This document shows, one piece after another, positions 9,596-22,184 of a stretch of 29,705 bases of DNA. The notes beneath the pieces are model-generated. The model saw only the letters and a program-made list of their open reading frames with translations, had not been told where the DNA came from and did no database searches. Each line of letters opens with the position of its first letter. Position 1 is the first letter of the stretch. Origin of the DNA: Armatimonadota bacterium (lineage in GTDB: Bacteria; Vulcanimicrobiota; JACPDS01; JBDRKI01); the NCBI GenBank assembly GCA_043814095.1, contig JBDRKI010000038.1, positions 1 to 29,705 of the forward strand, read 5' to 3'. The position numbers and the translations under genes were made by a program.

Positions 9596-9700
9596 TTAAT
9601 ATATAATAGGATGAAACTTGATTTTAAAATAGTCCCTTAAACGAGTGAAACCCGCTATGACATAAGTCAAGGCAGGTTTCACTCTAGCCGTCTCCTATTA
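9596..9700 (-). ncRNA. Putative hairpin small RNA and/or 28-aa small ORF
   Basis: Hairpin 9643-9684 pairs better on the minus strand (G-U instead of C-A). Upstream minus-strand TATAAT and operator. AGGAG + GTG ORF 9682-9596. Confidence 0.45.
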
Positions 9701-9702
9701 AT

Positions 9703-9757
9703 ATTATATAACATGTATATTGCCAAAAAGTTACAAAATTGTTAACAAATTGTTAAC
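9703..9757 (-). promoter_or_regulatory. 11-bp-periodic GTTAAC operator array plus -10 box (second copy)
   Basis: Minus strand reads GTTAAC-N5-GTTAAC-N5-TGTAAC-N5-GGCAAT-N10-TATAAT. Confidence 0.6.
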
Positions 9758-9845
9758 TTTTCGTACCTTATAGAATAGGGCTGATGCCCTAAAAGCTGGA
9801 TATCATCCTTAAATTTCAAAAATTTTTGCTGGTTGCGGGGTTGAT

Positions 9846-10940
9846 ATGAAAAGAAAATTTATAGCCTCTATGATGCTGTTTCTGGCAGTAATATTGATGT
9901 TTTTACGGGTGTCCGCGGCGGCGGATGAAAAAACCGCCTCCCCCGAGAGGCAGGTAACGGTAGCCATTAAAAAAGGGCCCAGTTATGTTTTTCATGTCAT
10001 GGCGGTATCCAAACTGGGTTTTGACAGCGATTACGCCGTTATATATAAAGATACTGTTGTAGATGAAGACAAATATTTTCTGCAGAAATATGATGAACTG
10101 CTTACCTTCAAAGACGGCAAATGCGGCGACCTTGTTCAGATTGCTGTTTTTTTCCCCGCCTATATTAATCTTGAAACAAGGGAAGATTTTAAAGAATATT
10201 TTTCACTGCTGAAAAAGGGATTTAAGGTAAACGATTTTACGGATTTTTTGACAAGATACGCGTCCTTTATTGAAAAACTGAAAGTCTGGCCTTTTAAGCA
10301 GAACCGTATAGATAACGATTATTTAAAATCTCTTTCAAAGCACAGAGATATTATTTATGAGATGGAAGATATTTATCTGAGAAACTACGGTGTTTACTAT
10401 CAGAGATTATGGGAAGTTGAAAAAGGCAAAATGTTTGATGTTGCTAAAATAATTAATGACCGTCTTAAACATTCAAAATATGAAAACCTGATTTTCAAGT
10501 GGGAGAAAACTACGGGTAAAAAGTTTAAGACGGATGACTATTACATTATACTGAGCAGGGCGATAAAGAACGGCCCCAGCGCCATTTCCCTGGGTTATGA
10601 TCAGAATGTTCTTTTCTATGATTTCTCTTATGAACTGATGATGAAATATATAAGCCATGAAACCGGCGCGCATATTTTAATTGACATATTTGCCGATATG
10701 ATTAAAAAAGGTGATTATAGTTTTGCCGAGGTTTACAACGCGTATGAATGCCTTGCCGCTTTTTATAATTCTAAAATTTTAAACACAAGCGTGTATTACC
10801 TGCCTTCTTCCTACGAGCCCGGGGAGTATGAAAGCATATACTCAAAACTTTATAACGAAAACCCCGGTATTTCTCCGGAGGCGCTTTTAACAAAGGGCTT
10901 AAACATTTTTTTAAGCTCAAAAAAGAGTGTTTCAGAATAG
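9846..10940 (+). CDS. Secreted hypothetical protein, possible zinc metallopeptidase (HExxxH)
   Basis: Signal peptide ending VSAAA; HETGAH motif with a Glu 25 residues downstream. Confidence 0.7.
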   Translation: MKRKFIASMMLFLAVILMFLRVSAAADEKTASPERQVTVAIKKGPSYVFHVMAVSKLGFDSDYAVIYKDTVVDEDKYFLQKYDELLTFKDGKCGDLVQIAVFFPAYINLETREDFKEYFSLLKKGFKVNDFTDFLTRYASFIEKLKVWPFKQNRIDNDYLKSLSKHRDIIYEMEDIYLRNYGVYYQRLWEVEKGKMFDVAKIINDRLKHSKYENLIFKWEKTTGKKFKTDDYYIILSRAIKNGPSAISLGYDQNVLFYDFSYELMMKYISHETGAHILIDIFADMIKKGDYSFAEVYNAYECLAAFYNSKILNTSVYYLPSSYEPGEYESIYSKLYNENPGISPEALLTKGLNIFLSSKKSVSE

Positions 10941-11008
10941 TTTTACAAAGCCGTTTTTGCCCTTAAAATAAGGGAAAAATAAATTTTAGATTTTTTTTCG
11001 GAAAACAC

Positions 11009-11038
11009 TTGACAAGTTAAAAATATATATGCTATACT
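11009..11038 (+). promoter_or_regulatory. rrn P1 promoter (sigma70-type)
   Basis: TTGACA-N18-TATACT with AT-rich upstream tract. Confidence 0.8.
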
Positions 11039-11118
11039 TACGCTTGTCCCCATGGAGGGACATTGCACCAAGTGTCAAAAATGTACCAGAAACCAGAGCT
11101 AAAAAGGCACTTGTTTTT

Positions 11119-11147
11119 TTGACAAAAATATTATTAAGTGGTATAAT
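11119..11147 (+). promoter_or_regulatory. rrn P2 promoter (sigma70-type, extended -10)
   Basis: TTGACA-N17-TATAAT with TGn extension. Confidence 0.85.
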
Positions 11148-11206
11148 AATAAGGGTTCAAAAAAGAACCTCAAGATGAGTTGAAAAGCTAATCTTTTTTT
11201 ATACCC

Positions 11207-11244
11207 CGTTCATTGAAAACTAAATAGTGTTGTATTGATGTGCG
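11207..11244 (+). other. 5' arm of 16S processing stalk / boxA-like leader
   Basis: CGTTCATTGAAAACTAAATAGTGTTGTATTGATGTG is largely complementary to CACATTAATACAACCTGTTTAGTTTTGAGCGAACG (~13802-13836). Confidence 0.75.
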
Positions 11245-11458
11245 GGTTCTCAAGTTTTAAGCTTGAGAACTGTCTAACTATGAGTTAATTTATTAAAAGA
11301 GCCACAAGCTCTATTAAAGAATAAAAACTAACGCAAGTTAGTTTAATTTTTTTACGGAGAGTTTGATCCTGGCTCAGGACTAACGCTGGCGGCGCGCCTA
11401 ACACATGCAAGTCGTACGGTCTACCCCGGGTAGTAATACCTGGGAATAGATAGTGGCA

Positions 11459-11489
<31 letters not shown>

Positions 11490-11666
11490 CTTTGCTGGGG
11501 ATAACTAGCCGAAAGGCGAGCTAATACCGAATATCTTGTTTTGGGGCATCCCGAAACAAGGAAAGAAGTAATTCGCGAAGAGAGGGGCCCGCGGCCTATT
11601 AGCTAGTTGGTGGGGTAATGGCCTACCAAAGCTATGATGGGTAGCCGGTCTGAGAGGACGATCGGT

Positions 11667-11750
<84 letters not shown>

Positions 11751-12106
11751 GACGCCGCGTGAGTGATGAAGGCCTTCGGGTTGTAAAGCTCTGTCAGAGG
11801 GGACGATAATGACGGTACCCTCAGAGGAAGCCTCGGCTAACTACGTGCCAGCAGCCGCGGTAAGACGTAGGGGGCAAGCGTTGTCCGGATTCATTGGGCG
11901 TAAAGAGCTCGTAGGCGGAATTGTAAGTCTGAAAGTAAATCTATCGGCTCAACCGATAGGCCATTTTGGATACTGCAGTTATTGAGAACAGGAGAGGATA
12001 GCGGAATTCCTGGTGTAGTGGTGAAATACGTAGATATCAGGAGGAACACCGGTGGCGAAGGCGGCTGTCTGGCCTGTTTCTGACGCTGAGGAGCGAAAGC
12101 TAGGGT

Positions 12107-12141
<35 letters not shown>

Positions 12142-12234
12142 GGAAACGATGGATACTAGGTGTAGGAGGTATCGACCCCTGCTGTGCCGCAGTTAACACA
12201 TTAAGTATCCCGCCTGGGAAGTACGGTCGCAAGA

Positions 12235-12298
<64 letters not shown>

Positions 12299-12379
12299 TA
12301 CGCGAAGAACCTTACCAAGGCTTGAACTGTACAGGATAAGCATGCAGAAATGTACGTGTTCCTTCGGGAACCTGTATGG

Positions 12380-12449
<70 letters not shown>

Positions 12450-12506
12450 CGTTCTTAGTTGCTACAGGTAATGCTGAGCACTCTAAGGAGACTGCCGATT
12501 ACAAGT

Positions 12507-12543
<37 letters not shown>

Positions 12544-12699
12544 CTTACGTCTTGGGCTACACACGTGCTACAATGGCCGGTACAGAGGGTTGCCAAATCG
12601 CAAGATGGAGCTAATCCCTAAAACCGGCCTCAGTTCGGATTGGAGGCTGCAACTCGCCTCCATGAAGTCGGAATCGCTAGTAACCGCAGATCAGCTACG

Positions 12700-13587
<888 letters not shown>

Positions 13588-13683
13588 CACCGCCCGTCAC
13601 GTCATGAAAGTTTATTGTACCCGAAGCCATCGATTCAACCCGCAAGGGGGATAGGTGTCGAAGGTATGGTGGATGATTGGGAC

Positions 13684-13745
<62 letters not shown>

Positions 13746-15140
13746 CATTTCATCTTACATATATAATAGTATGTAGATATGAAATATCTCCCTAGGTCGA
13801 TCACATTAATACAACCTGTTTAGTTTTGAGCGAACGAATTGATTGCGAAAAATTTTAGGCATATCGCGCAGTAATGAGCCGTGCGATCTAAAAGAAAAAA
13901 CGCGTCAATACGATCTTTGAAAACTGCATAATACAAATTATTGTCTTGCAAGCATCTTCTTGAAGAGATTCTCTTTAAGGGAAGTTGATAAATAAGATTA
14001 AGCTAATAAGGGCATACGGTGGATGCCTAGGCGGAAACCGACGATGAAGGACGTAGCGATCTGCGATAAGCCTCGGGGAGTTGAAAGCAAACCGTGATCC
14101 GAGGATCTCCGAATGGGAAAACCAGTGACACAGTAAGGTGTTACATCTGCAGCTGAATTCATAGGCTGTAGAGGACAACCCAGGGAAGTGAAACATCTCA
14201 GTACCTGGAGGAACAGAAATCAAAAGAGATTCCCTAAGTAGCGGCGAGCGAACGGGGAAGAGCCTAAACCTGATTAAGGCATAGACTGCAGTCGTTCTTA
14301 GTCAGGGGTTACAAGAGCAGCGGCGCAGGGCCTGCAGGGCCTGCGACAGAGTCAAAAAATTTTTAGTTAGCCGAAGAGAGCTGGAAAGCTCTGCCATAGA
14401 CGGTGATAGTCCGGTAGGCGAAAACTAAAAGTCTCTGTGCGTTGTTTCTTAAGTACCATGGGACACGTGAAATCCCATGGGAAGTCGGGAGGACCATCTT
14501 CCAAGGCTAAATACGAGTTTCCGACCGATAGCGAGCAAGTACCGCGAGGGAAAGCGTGAAAAGAACCCCGGAAGGGGAGTGAAATAGAACCTGAAACCGT
14601 GTGCTTACAAAGCGTTGTAGCACTATGTGCGCAGCAATGCGTAAATGTGTGGCAGCGTGCCTTTTGTAGAATGAGCCTGCGAGTTAATATATGCAGCGAG
14701 GTTAAGGACATATAGTCCGGAGCCGCAGCGAAAGCGAGTCTGAATAGGGCGAATAGTTGCATGTATTAGACCCGAAACCAGTTGATCTATCCATGTCCAG
14801 GATGAAGCGCGATTAAACTCGCGTGGAGGTCCGAACTAGTTGGTGTTGAAAAACCATTGGATGAGATGTGGATAGCGGTGAAATGCCAATCGAAACTGGT
14901 AATAGCTGGTTCTCCCCGAAATAGCTTTAGGGCTAGCGTCTAATGTTCATGCACGGGGGTAGAGCACTGACAGAGCTAGGGATCTTACCGGATTACCGAA
15001 CTCCATCAAACTCCGAATACCGTGCAATACAGTTAGGCAGTCAGACTGTGGGTGATAAGATTCATAGTCAAAAGGGATTCAGCCCAGACCATCAGCTAAG
15101 GTCCCTAAATTTGAACTAAGTGGCAAAGGAAGTGATATGT

Positions 15141-15207
<67 letters not shown>

Positions 15208-16012
15208 GACGTCATTTCGCGCCTAAAATGTACGGGGCTAAAGTTCAATACCGAAGCTATGGAAATTAAGTATCTACGGATACTTGGTTTGGTAGGGGAG
15301 CGTTGTGTTGTAGGTTGAAGGATGATCGTAAGGACATCTGGACGAAGCACAAGTGAGAATGTAGGCATAAGTAGCGAAAAAAGAAGTGAGAATCTTCTTC
15401 GCCGTAAATCCAAGGATTCCTGGGGAAGGGTTATCCTCCCAGGGTAAGGCGGGACCTTAGCCGAGGACGAAAGTCGTAGGCGATGGACAGCCGGTTAATA
15501 TTCCGGCCCCACCTTAAAATCGTTATGAGCAATGGAGTGACGCAGGAGGGTAGTTCTACGCGGAGTTGGTTTTCCGCGGTTAAGCTGGTAGGATGGTCTC
15601 TTAGGCAAATCCGGGAGATTATATAAAGTCCGAGAAGCGAATACGAGCCGAGTAATCGGCGAAGTGAATGATCCCAAACTGCCAAGAAAAACTTCTAGTC
15701 AGATTTTAAGGTGCCCGTACCGTAAACCGACACAGGTGGATAGGTAGAAGATACCAAGGCGACGGGTTAACCCTTTTTAAGGAACTCGGCAAATTAACCC
15801 CGTAACTTCGGAAGAAGGGGAGCCTGGTATGGTCATATAGATTTATTCTCTAGGTGGCTTAACCAGGTCGCAGTTAAGAGGCCCAAACGACTGTTTATCA
15901 AAAACACAGGTCTCTGCAAAAGCGCAAGCTGATGTATAGGGGCTGACGCCTGCCCGGTGCCGGAAGGTTAAGGGGAGGGCTTAGTGTACTTCGGTATGCG
16001 AAGGTCTGATCT

Positions 16013-16847
<835 letters not shown>

Positions 16848-17356
16848 CGATTTGGGCACTGTCTCTAAAAGGGTCCCGGCGAAATTTCAACCTTCGTGAA
16901 GATGCGAAGTACCCGCAGCAAGACGGAAAGACCCCGTGAAGCTTTACTGTAACCTGATTTTGGGTTTTGGTGAATTTTGTACAGGATACGTGGGAGGCTA
17001 TGATGATAGGTCGCAAGGCCTGTCGGAGCCGCCGGTGGGATACCACGTTAAGTTTATTGGAATTCTAACTCCTGCAGTTATCCTGCAGTAGGACAGAGTC
17101 AGGCGGGCAGTTTGACTGGGGCGGTTGCCTCGAAAAGAGTAACCGAGGCGCTCAAAGGTCACCTCAGGCTGGTTGGGAATCAGTCGTCGAGTGTAAAGGC
17201 ACAAGGTGGCTTGACTGCAAGACCTACAAGTCGAGCAGGGACGAAAGTCGGACTTAGTGATCCGGCGGCTCCGTATGGAAGGGCCGTCGCTTATCGGACA
17301 AAAGCTACTCCGGGGATAACAGGCTTATCGGGCCCAAGAGTCCACATCGACGGCCC

Positions 17357-17397
<41 letters not shown>

Positions 17398-17400
17398 GAT

Positions 17401-17438
<38 letters not shown>

Positions 17439-17513
17439 TACGTGAGCTGGGTTCAGAACGACGTGAGTCAGTTCGGTCCCTATCTGCTGTGGGCGTAGGA
17501 GACTTGAGAGGAG

Positions 17514-17545
<32 letters not shown>

Positions 17546-17604
17546 GATCTATTGTGAACCAGTTGTCCTGCCAAGGGCAAAGCTGGGTAGCTACATCCGG
17601 AATA

Positions 17605-17635
<31 letters not shown>

Positions 17636-17853
17636 TAGCCTCAAGATTAGGTCTCCCACTGAGTTAATCAGGTAAGACTCCTTGTAGACTACAAGGTTGA
17701 TAGGCCACAGGTGTAAGCGCAGTAATGTGTTGAGCTAAGTGGTACTAATAAGTCGAGGGCTTAGTCTTATTTATCTCTTGCCTTAAAGAGAAAACAGCAA
17801 AAACAAGAACGGTGCTTTAAAGACAATGTATTATGCAGTTAAATTGATAGATT

Positions 17854-17971
<118 letters not shown>

Positions 17972-17986
17972 TTTATTATTTTATAC

Positions 17987-18038
17987 GCAAAAAGCGGTAT
18001 TGATTGTATTTAATTATACAGGCAATACCGCTTTTTGT
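17987..18038 (+). terminator. rrn operon terminator
   Basis: GCAAAAAGCGGTATTG / CAATACCGCTTTTTGT long inverted repeat. Confidence 0.85.
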
Positions 18039-18076
18039 ATTGTCAATGCGGATTATTTATGGTAAATTGGCATTAG

Positions 18077-18190
18077 ATCTGTACGGGGATACTTCTTGGT
18101 AACGCGCATCTTGAAACGCGGAGGAAAGAAAAGATTTAAAAGTAAAATTACTCGATGTATTATATTTTTTAATATGAAGTAATTAAAAAA
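18077..18190 (+). pseudogene. Possible decayed LAGLIDADG_2 endonuclease fragment
   Basis: ICTGILLGNAHLETR (from 18077) resembles the GxLLGDAHLET first motif; flanked by stops. Confidence 0.35.
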
Positions 18191-18302
18191 GCCTGCATCG
18201 GGCAAGGGTGACGACTATCAGCAAAAGTTCTTCTTTTGATTTTTCTTTCTCTTTAAATGTGTTTTTCCCTTAATGCTTACCCTTTACAGGCGGGGATAGT
18301 TT

Positions 18303-19652
18303 TTAATCTAAAATTTTATCAAGCTCCTTTTTATTTATGTTCTCATTTTCTTTTTCCTGATTTTTTTTAAACAGCAGCGTGTCTGTACCGTTTTGAGCCG
18401 TAAATCTTTTGTATGCTTCTGATTCCATTGCCCATATGGGATTATGTGCGGGGTTTACCGTAATGGCCAAAAGAGGCTTATCTTTGTCTTTTTCTATGTT
18501 GTATCCGAAATAGTTTACAATGGTTAATGGTATTACAACTGACGATCCCGCTTTGGATGTAGCGGCATTGAATTTTAAACCTTTGCCGTTAAAATAGGCA
18601 ATATCCGAGTTTAGTTTTACGGTCATGCGGTTAAATCCGCGGTCAATTGTTAGCTCTTTATTTTCTTCATCATAAGTTATGTCAAATCCCAAGTTTTCCA
18701 GGACCTGGGCCTCAACAAGGATTTCATTGTTTTTAACTATGGGGGCAAGGTGGGTTTTAGTTTCTTCATTGCCTATCTGTATTTTATAATCCGATCCTAT
18801 TAATTCAACAGGGATGCCTCTTTTTTCCCTTAAAGCAGTAAGTATTTTTTTCTCGTCCGTTATTTTATCCAAGCCCAGTTTCGCGAGCTTTGATTTTGCC
18901 TGTGCGAGACTGTTAGTTCCGTAGGAATATATGTCGGGAAAAACGGATATATAGAATTTGCCGGTATCGGGGTTAAACCCGACTTTTATGCTTTCATATA
19001 TTATTTTTATGGGCATCCCCACTGCGACCTGCTCAAAGAGCTCTCTTGCGTTTTCTGTGTACATTCTTATGCAACCGTGAGATGCCGCGAGCCCTATGGA
19101 CTGGGGATTATTTGTGCCATGTATGCCGTACCCGTTTCTTGAAAGGCCCATCCATCTGTCCCCGAGCGGATTATTGGGGCCCGGATATACCGGATGCGAC
19201 ACATTTGCCCATGAGGGAGGGAACCATGTGGGATTTTTCTGTTTTACGGCCAGGCTATAGCTGCCTGTCGGGGTATTCCACCCGAGCGCGCCTATTGCCA
19301 CCGGATAAACAGCCACAACTTCATTATTCTTATAAAGGTATATTGATCTCTCGGGCAGATTAAGAACGAGCCCTTCCTCAATATTCGCAAGAGGGGGTAT
19401 CCAGAATGTTGGCATAATAATTTCTTTGCCCTTGTTTATGTATAATGAATTAATTTTGTTTGCCATCATTATATGGTCTATAGCTACTTTGTTCGGCCGC
19501 GCTACATTGAATAAGGATATGTTTTTTTCCGCGGTGTAGCTGGTTTTATTCCCGAATATATTAGGTATTTCCAAAGAATAACCACCTGGCAGCAAAATTG
19601 ATATAAAAAACAGGAGAATTAAAATTGGAAGTAAGGTTTTAAATTTTTTCAT
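18303..19652 (-). CDS. L,D-transpeptidase (YkuD) with LysM-like N-region and copper-amine-oxidase-N-like C-domain
   Basis: YPVAIG, TPTG, PGPNNPLG, GIHGT...SHGCIRM catalytic motif; signal peptide. Confidence 0.92.
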   Translation of the reverse strand: MKKFKTLLPILILLFFISILLPGGYSLEIPNIFGNKTSYTAEKNISLFNVARPNKVAIDHIMMANKINSLYINKGKEIIMPTFWIPPLANIEEGLVLNLPERSIYLYKNNEVVAVYPVAIGALGWNTPTGSYSLAVKQKNPTWFPPSWANVSHPVYPGPNNPLGDRWMGLSRNGYGIHGTNNPQSIGLAASHGCIRMYTENARELFEQVAVGMPIKIIYESIKVGFNPDTGKFYISVFPDIYSYGTNSLAQAKSKLAKLGLDKITDEKKILTALREKRGIPVELIGSDYKIQIGNEETKTHLAPIVKNNEILVEAQVLENLGFDITYDEENKELTIDRGFNRMTVKLNSDIAYFNGKGLKFNAATSKAGSSVVIPLTIVNYFGYNIEKDKDKPLLAITVNPAHNPIWAMESEAYKRFTAQNGTDTLLFKKNQEKENENINKKELDKILD

Positions 19653-19802
19653 GCAGCATCAGCTCCTATTTCAATGAAAATTTTTTTATCGCTCCCTAAC
19701 TTAATTGTAACTTGTAAGAACGGTTTTAAATATCGGTCAAAAGGAGTATTTTTTGCCGCCAAATGGAGTATTTTAAGATAATAAGCTGGTTTTAGAAGGG
19801 GT

Positions 19803-19846
19803 AAATAATAAAAAAACCTCGTTTTTGCGAGGTTTTTTTATTATTT
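19803..19846. terminator. Bidirectional-looking intrinsic terminator after GT4 gene
   Basis: AAATAATAAAAAAACCTCG / CGAGGTTTTTTTATTATTT. Confidence 0.85.
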
Positions 19847-19860
19847 AATCTATTATGATT

Positions 19861-21144
19861 TTAACCTTTGATTCCGCTCATTATGACAAATTCCAGCTTT
19901 TTGAATAATTTATATATTACATTATCCCATGTATAAAGTTTTGCCGTATTATAAGCGTTTTTCCTTATTTTTTCTTTAAGTTTGCTGTCCATAAGAAGGT
20001 CCATAACGTATACGGCAATTTCTTTAGGGTTACTGGTTTCCACAACAATGGAATTTTCAAAAGATTCCGCATAATCTTCACCCGTAGCCCCTGTTAAGAC
20101 AATACCGCTTACCGCCATTACCTCTAGCCCTACAAGTCCGAACGGTTCATGCAGTGAATTTGCCAGAACTGCGTCAGCGGCATGATAAAGAATTCTTAAT
20201 ATTTCTTCAGGGACGAAGAAGCTGAGTTCAAGTATGTCAAAAGAAGAATTTTCGGATAAAAGCGTGCATAAAGTCTCAAAATCGCCTTTTTCCGTTTCCA
20301 GGGATTTAACTTTCAATCCTAGACTTTCCGCTTTTCTCAATATATCATAGCGGTGGGGTTCTTTACCGCCGCGTATGACAAGTATCGCGTTTTTATTGCG
20401 CTTCTTTATCTCCGCAAGCGCTTCTACCGCCATTATCCAGCGTTTATTGGGATCATATCTTCCCACTTTAAGCATAAACAGTTTATCTTTAAAAATATTT
20501 CTTATCTTTGAAGTTTGGAAATAATTTATTTTTTTTAACGATCTTGAAGGTATGCCGTTGGGAATTATTAAAGGATTCAATCCCCACTGGGCCATTATCT
20601 GCTTCATATATCTTGATATCGTGGTTATAACAGCTGATTCTGTCAAGCTGCGCCAGTTTATCCTGTCTAAAGAGTAGGTGTTATTTACATTCCAGAATAT
20701 TATTACATCTTTATCAAGAGACTGTTCTTTAAGGAAGGACTGTATATTAATTACAGTTGAGGCCGTATGCCATTCTTCGGCAAGGATTACCGCCTTTTTG
20801 CCAGATTTTACGGCCGGCTTTATAACATTAGTTACGAGGCAGCGGGGGAGGGTGCTTTCATAGTTAAGGATTTTGCTTCTTTCGTTTTCGTAAACGCCCG
20901 CGGGATGGTTTATGCTTATCTGCTGACAGCACCGGTGGAGTATAAATTTTTCTTCAAGTGTAAGTTCAAGAGGCGGCTTGTACGGATCTCCAACAAAAAA
21001 AAGATGTGACTCAAAACCCATCTGTGCCAGAGCGCGTCCCAGTTCAGTTGCTCTTATGCCTAATCCGCCCGCCAGAGAATAAATATCGGGTCCCTCAAAG
21101 GAGAGTATAATAAAAATTGTGTTATCCGGCTGTATTTGAAACAT
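19861..21144 (-). CDS. Glycosyltransferase family 4 protein
   Basis: GGLG, IPNGI, KVGRYDPNK, HEPFGLVGLEVMA (ExFGxxxxE). Confidence 0.92.
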   Translation of the reverse strand: MFQIQPDNTIFIILSFEGPDIYSLAGGLGIRATELGRALAQMGFESHLFFVGDPYKPPLELTLEEKFILHRCCQQISINHPAGVYENERSKILNYESTLPRCLVTNVIKPAVKSGKKAVILAEEWHTASTVINIQSFLKEQSLDKDVIIFWNVNNTYSLDRINWRSLTESAVITTISRYMKQIMAQWGLNPLIIPNGIPSRSLKKINYFQTSKIRNIFKDKLFMLKVGRYDPNKRWIMAVEALAEIKKRNKNAILVIRGGKEPHRYDILRKAESLGLKVKSLETEKGDFETLCTLLSENSSFDILELSFFVPEEILRILYHAADAVLANSLHEPFGLVGLEVMAVSGIVLTGATGEDYAESFENSIVVETSNPKEIAVYVMDLLMDSKLKEKIRKNAYNTAKLYTWDNVIYKLFKKLEFVIMSGIKG

Positions 21145-21277
21145 ATATTAATATATCAACTTTTGCTTAAATTATTTTAAACTATAGCTTCTTGTTTGAA
21201 GAGTTATATTCCTGCCTGCTTTTAAAAGGAAAGATTGTATGCATGGGAGAATTAATTCATATTATATGAGGTGATAT

Positions 21278-22174
21278 ATGTCTAATTTATCGTCATGGAT
21301 TAAAGAAATAAGGGCTAATTTCTTAGCATTATCCGTTATCCTTGTGATATACGGCACATCTATCGCGTTCTGGCATGATTTTTTCAATTTAAAATATTTT
21401 ATTATAGCGCTTATAGGCCTTATTGCCCTTCATATAGCCGTAAATGTTTTAAATGAATATTCTGATTTTAAGTCAGGCCTGGATTTTATGACGATAAAAA
21501 CCCCATTTTCGGGCGGTTCCGGAATGCTGCCGGAAGGCAGGCTTAATCCGGTTCATGTTCTTATTCTGGGTATTATATGCTGTATTATAGGGGCAGGGGC
21601 AGGCGTGTATTTTTTTATTCTTTACGGTACGGCTTTTCTTCCGATAATTATTCTGGGCGGCGTGGCCGTTATATTTTACAGCACCGTCTTGTCAAGGATA
21701 ATGCTTGGTGAGCTTTTTGCGGGACTGGGGCTTGGTTTCCTGCCTGTTCTCGGAGCTTATTTTGTTCAAACCGGATTTTATTCGTGGGAAGCCATTTTAT
21801 CCGCAATCCCGTCAGGAATTCTTACTCTCAATCTGCTTTTGCTAAATGAATTCCCCGATTACGAGCCCGACAAAAAAGTAGGAAAGAAAAATTTTGTCAT
21901 ATTATTAGGCAAAAAGAAAGCAGCCGGATTATACGCGCTTTTGACGATACTTACCTATATTGTTATAGCTTTTTCCATAATGTTCAGGTTTATGCCTTAT
22001 TCATGCGTTATAGCCTTTCTGACGCTTCCTCTGGCCATAAAAGCCATGAGGGGGGCAGTAATGAACCATCATTCACGGGAAGGAATAATACCCGCGATGG
22101 GGGCCAATGTAATGGTAGTGCTTGGCACACAGTTTCTTCTGGCCGTGGGATATATTTTCGCCAGATTTATATAG
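21278..22174 (+). CDS. UbiA-family prenyltransferase, MenA-like
   Basis: NVLNEYSDFKSGLD, PFSGGSG, NEFPDYEPDKKVGK aspartate-rich motifs; multiple TM helices. Confidence 0.88.
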   Translation: MSNLSSWIKEIRANFLALSVILVIYGTSIAFWHDFFNLKYFIIALIGLIALHIAVNVLNEYSDFKSGLDFMTIKTPFSGGSGMLPEGRLNPVHVLILGIICCIIGAGAGVYFFILYGTAFLPIIILGGVAVIFYSTVLSRIMLGELFAGLGLGFLPVLGAYFVQTGFYSWEAILSAIPSGILTLNLLLLNEFPDYEPDKKVGKKNFVILLGKKKAAGLYALLTILTYIVIAFSIMFRFMPYSCVIAFLTLPLAIKAMRGAVMNHHSREGIIPAMGANVMVVLGTQFLLAVGYIFARFI

Positions 22175-22184
22175 ATATATTAAA

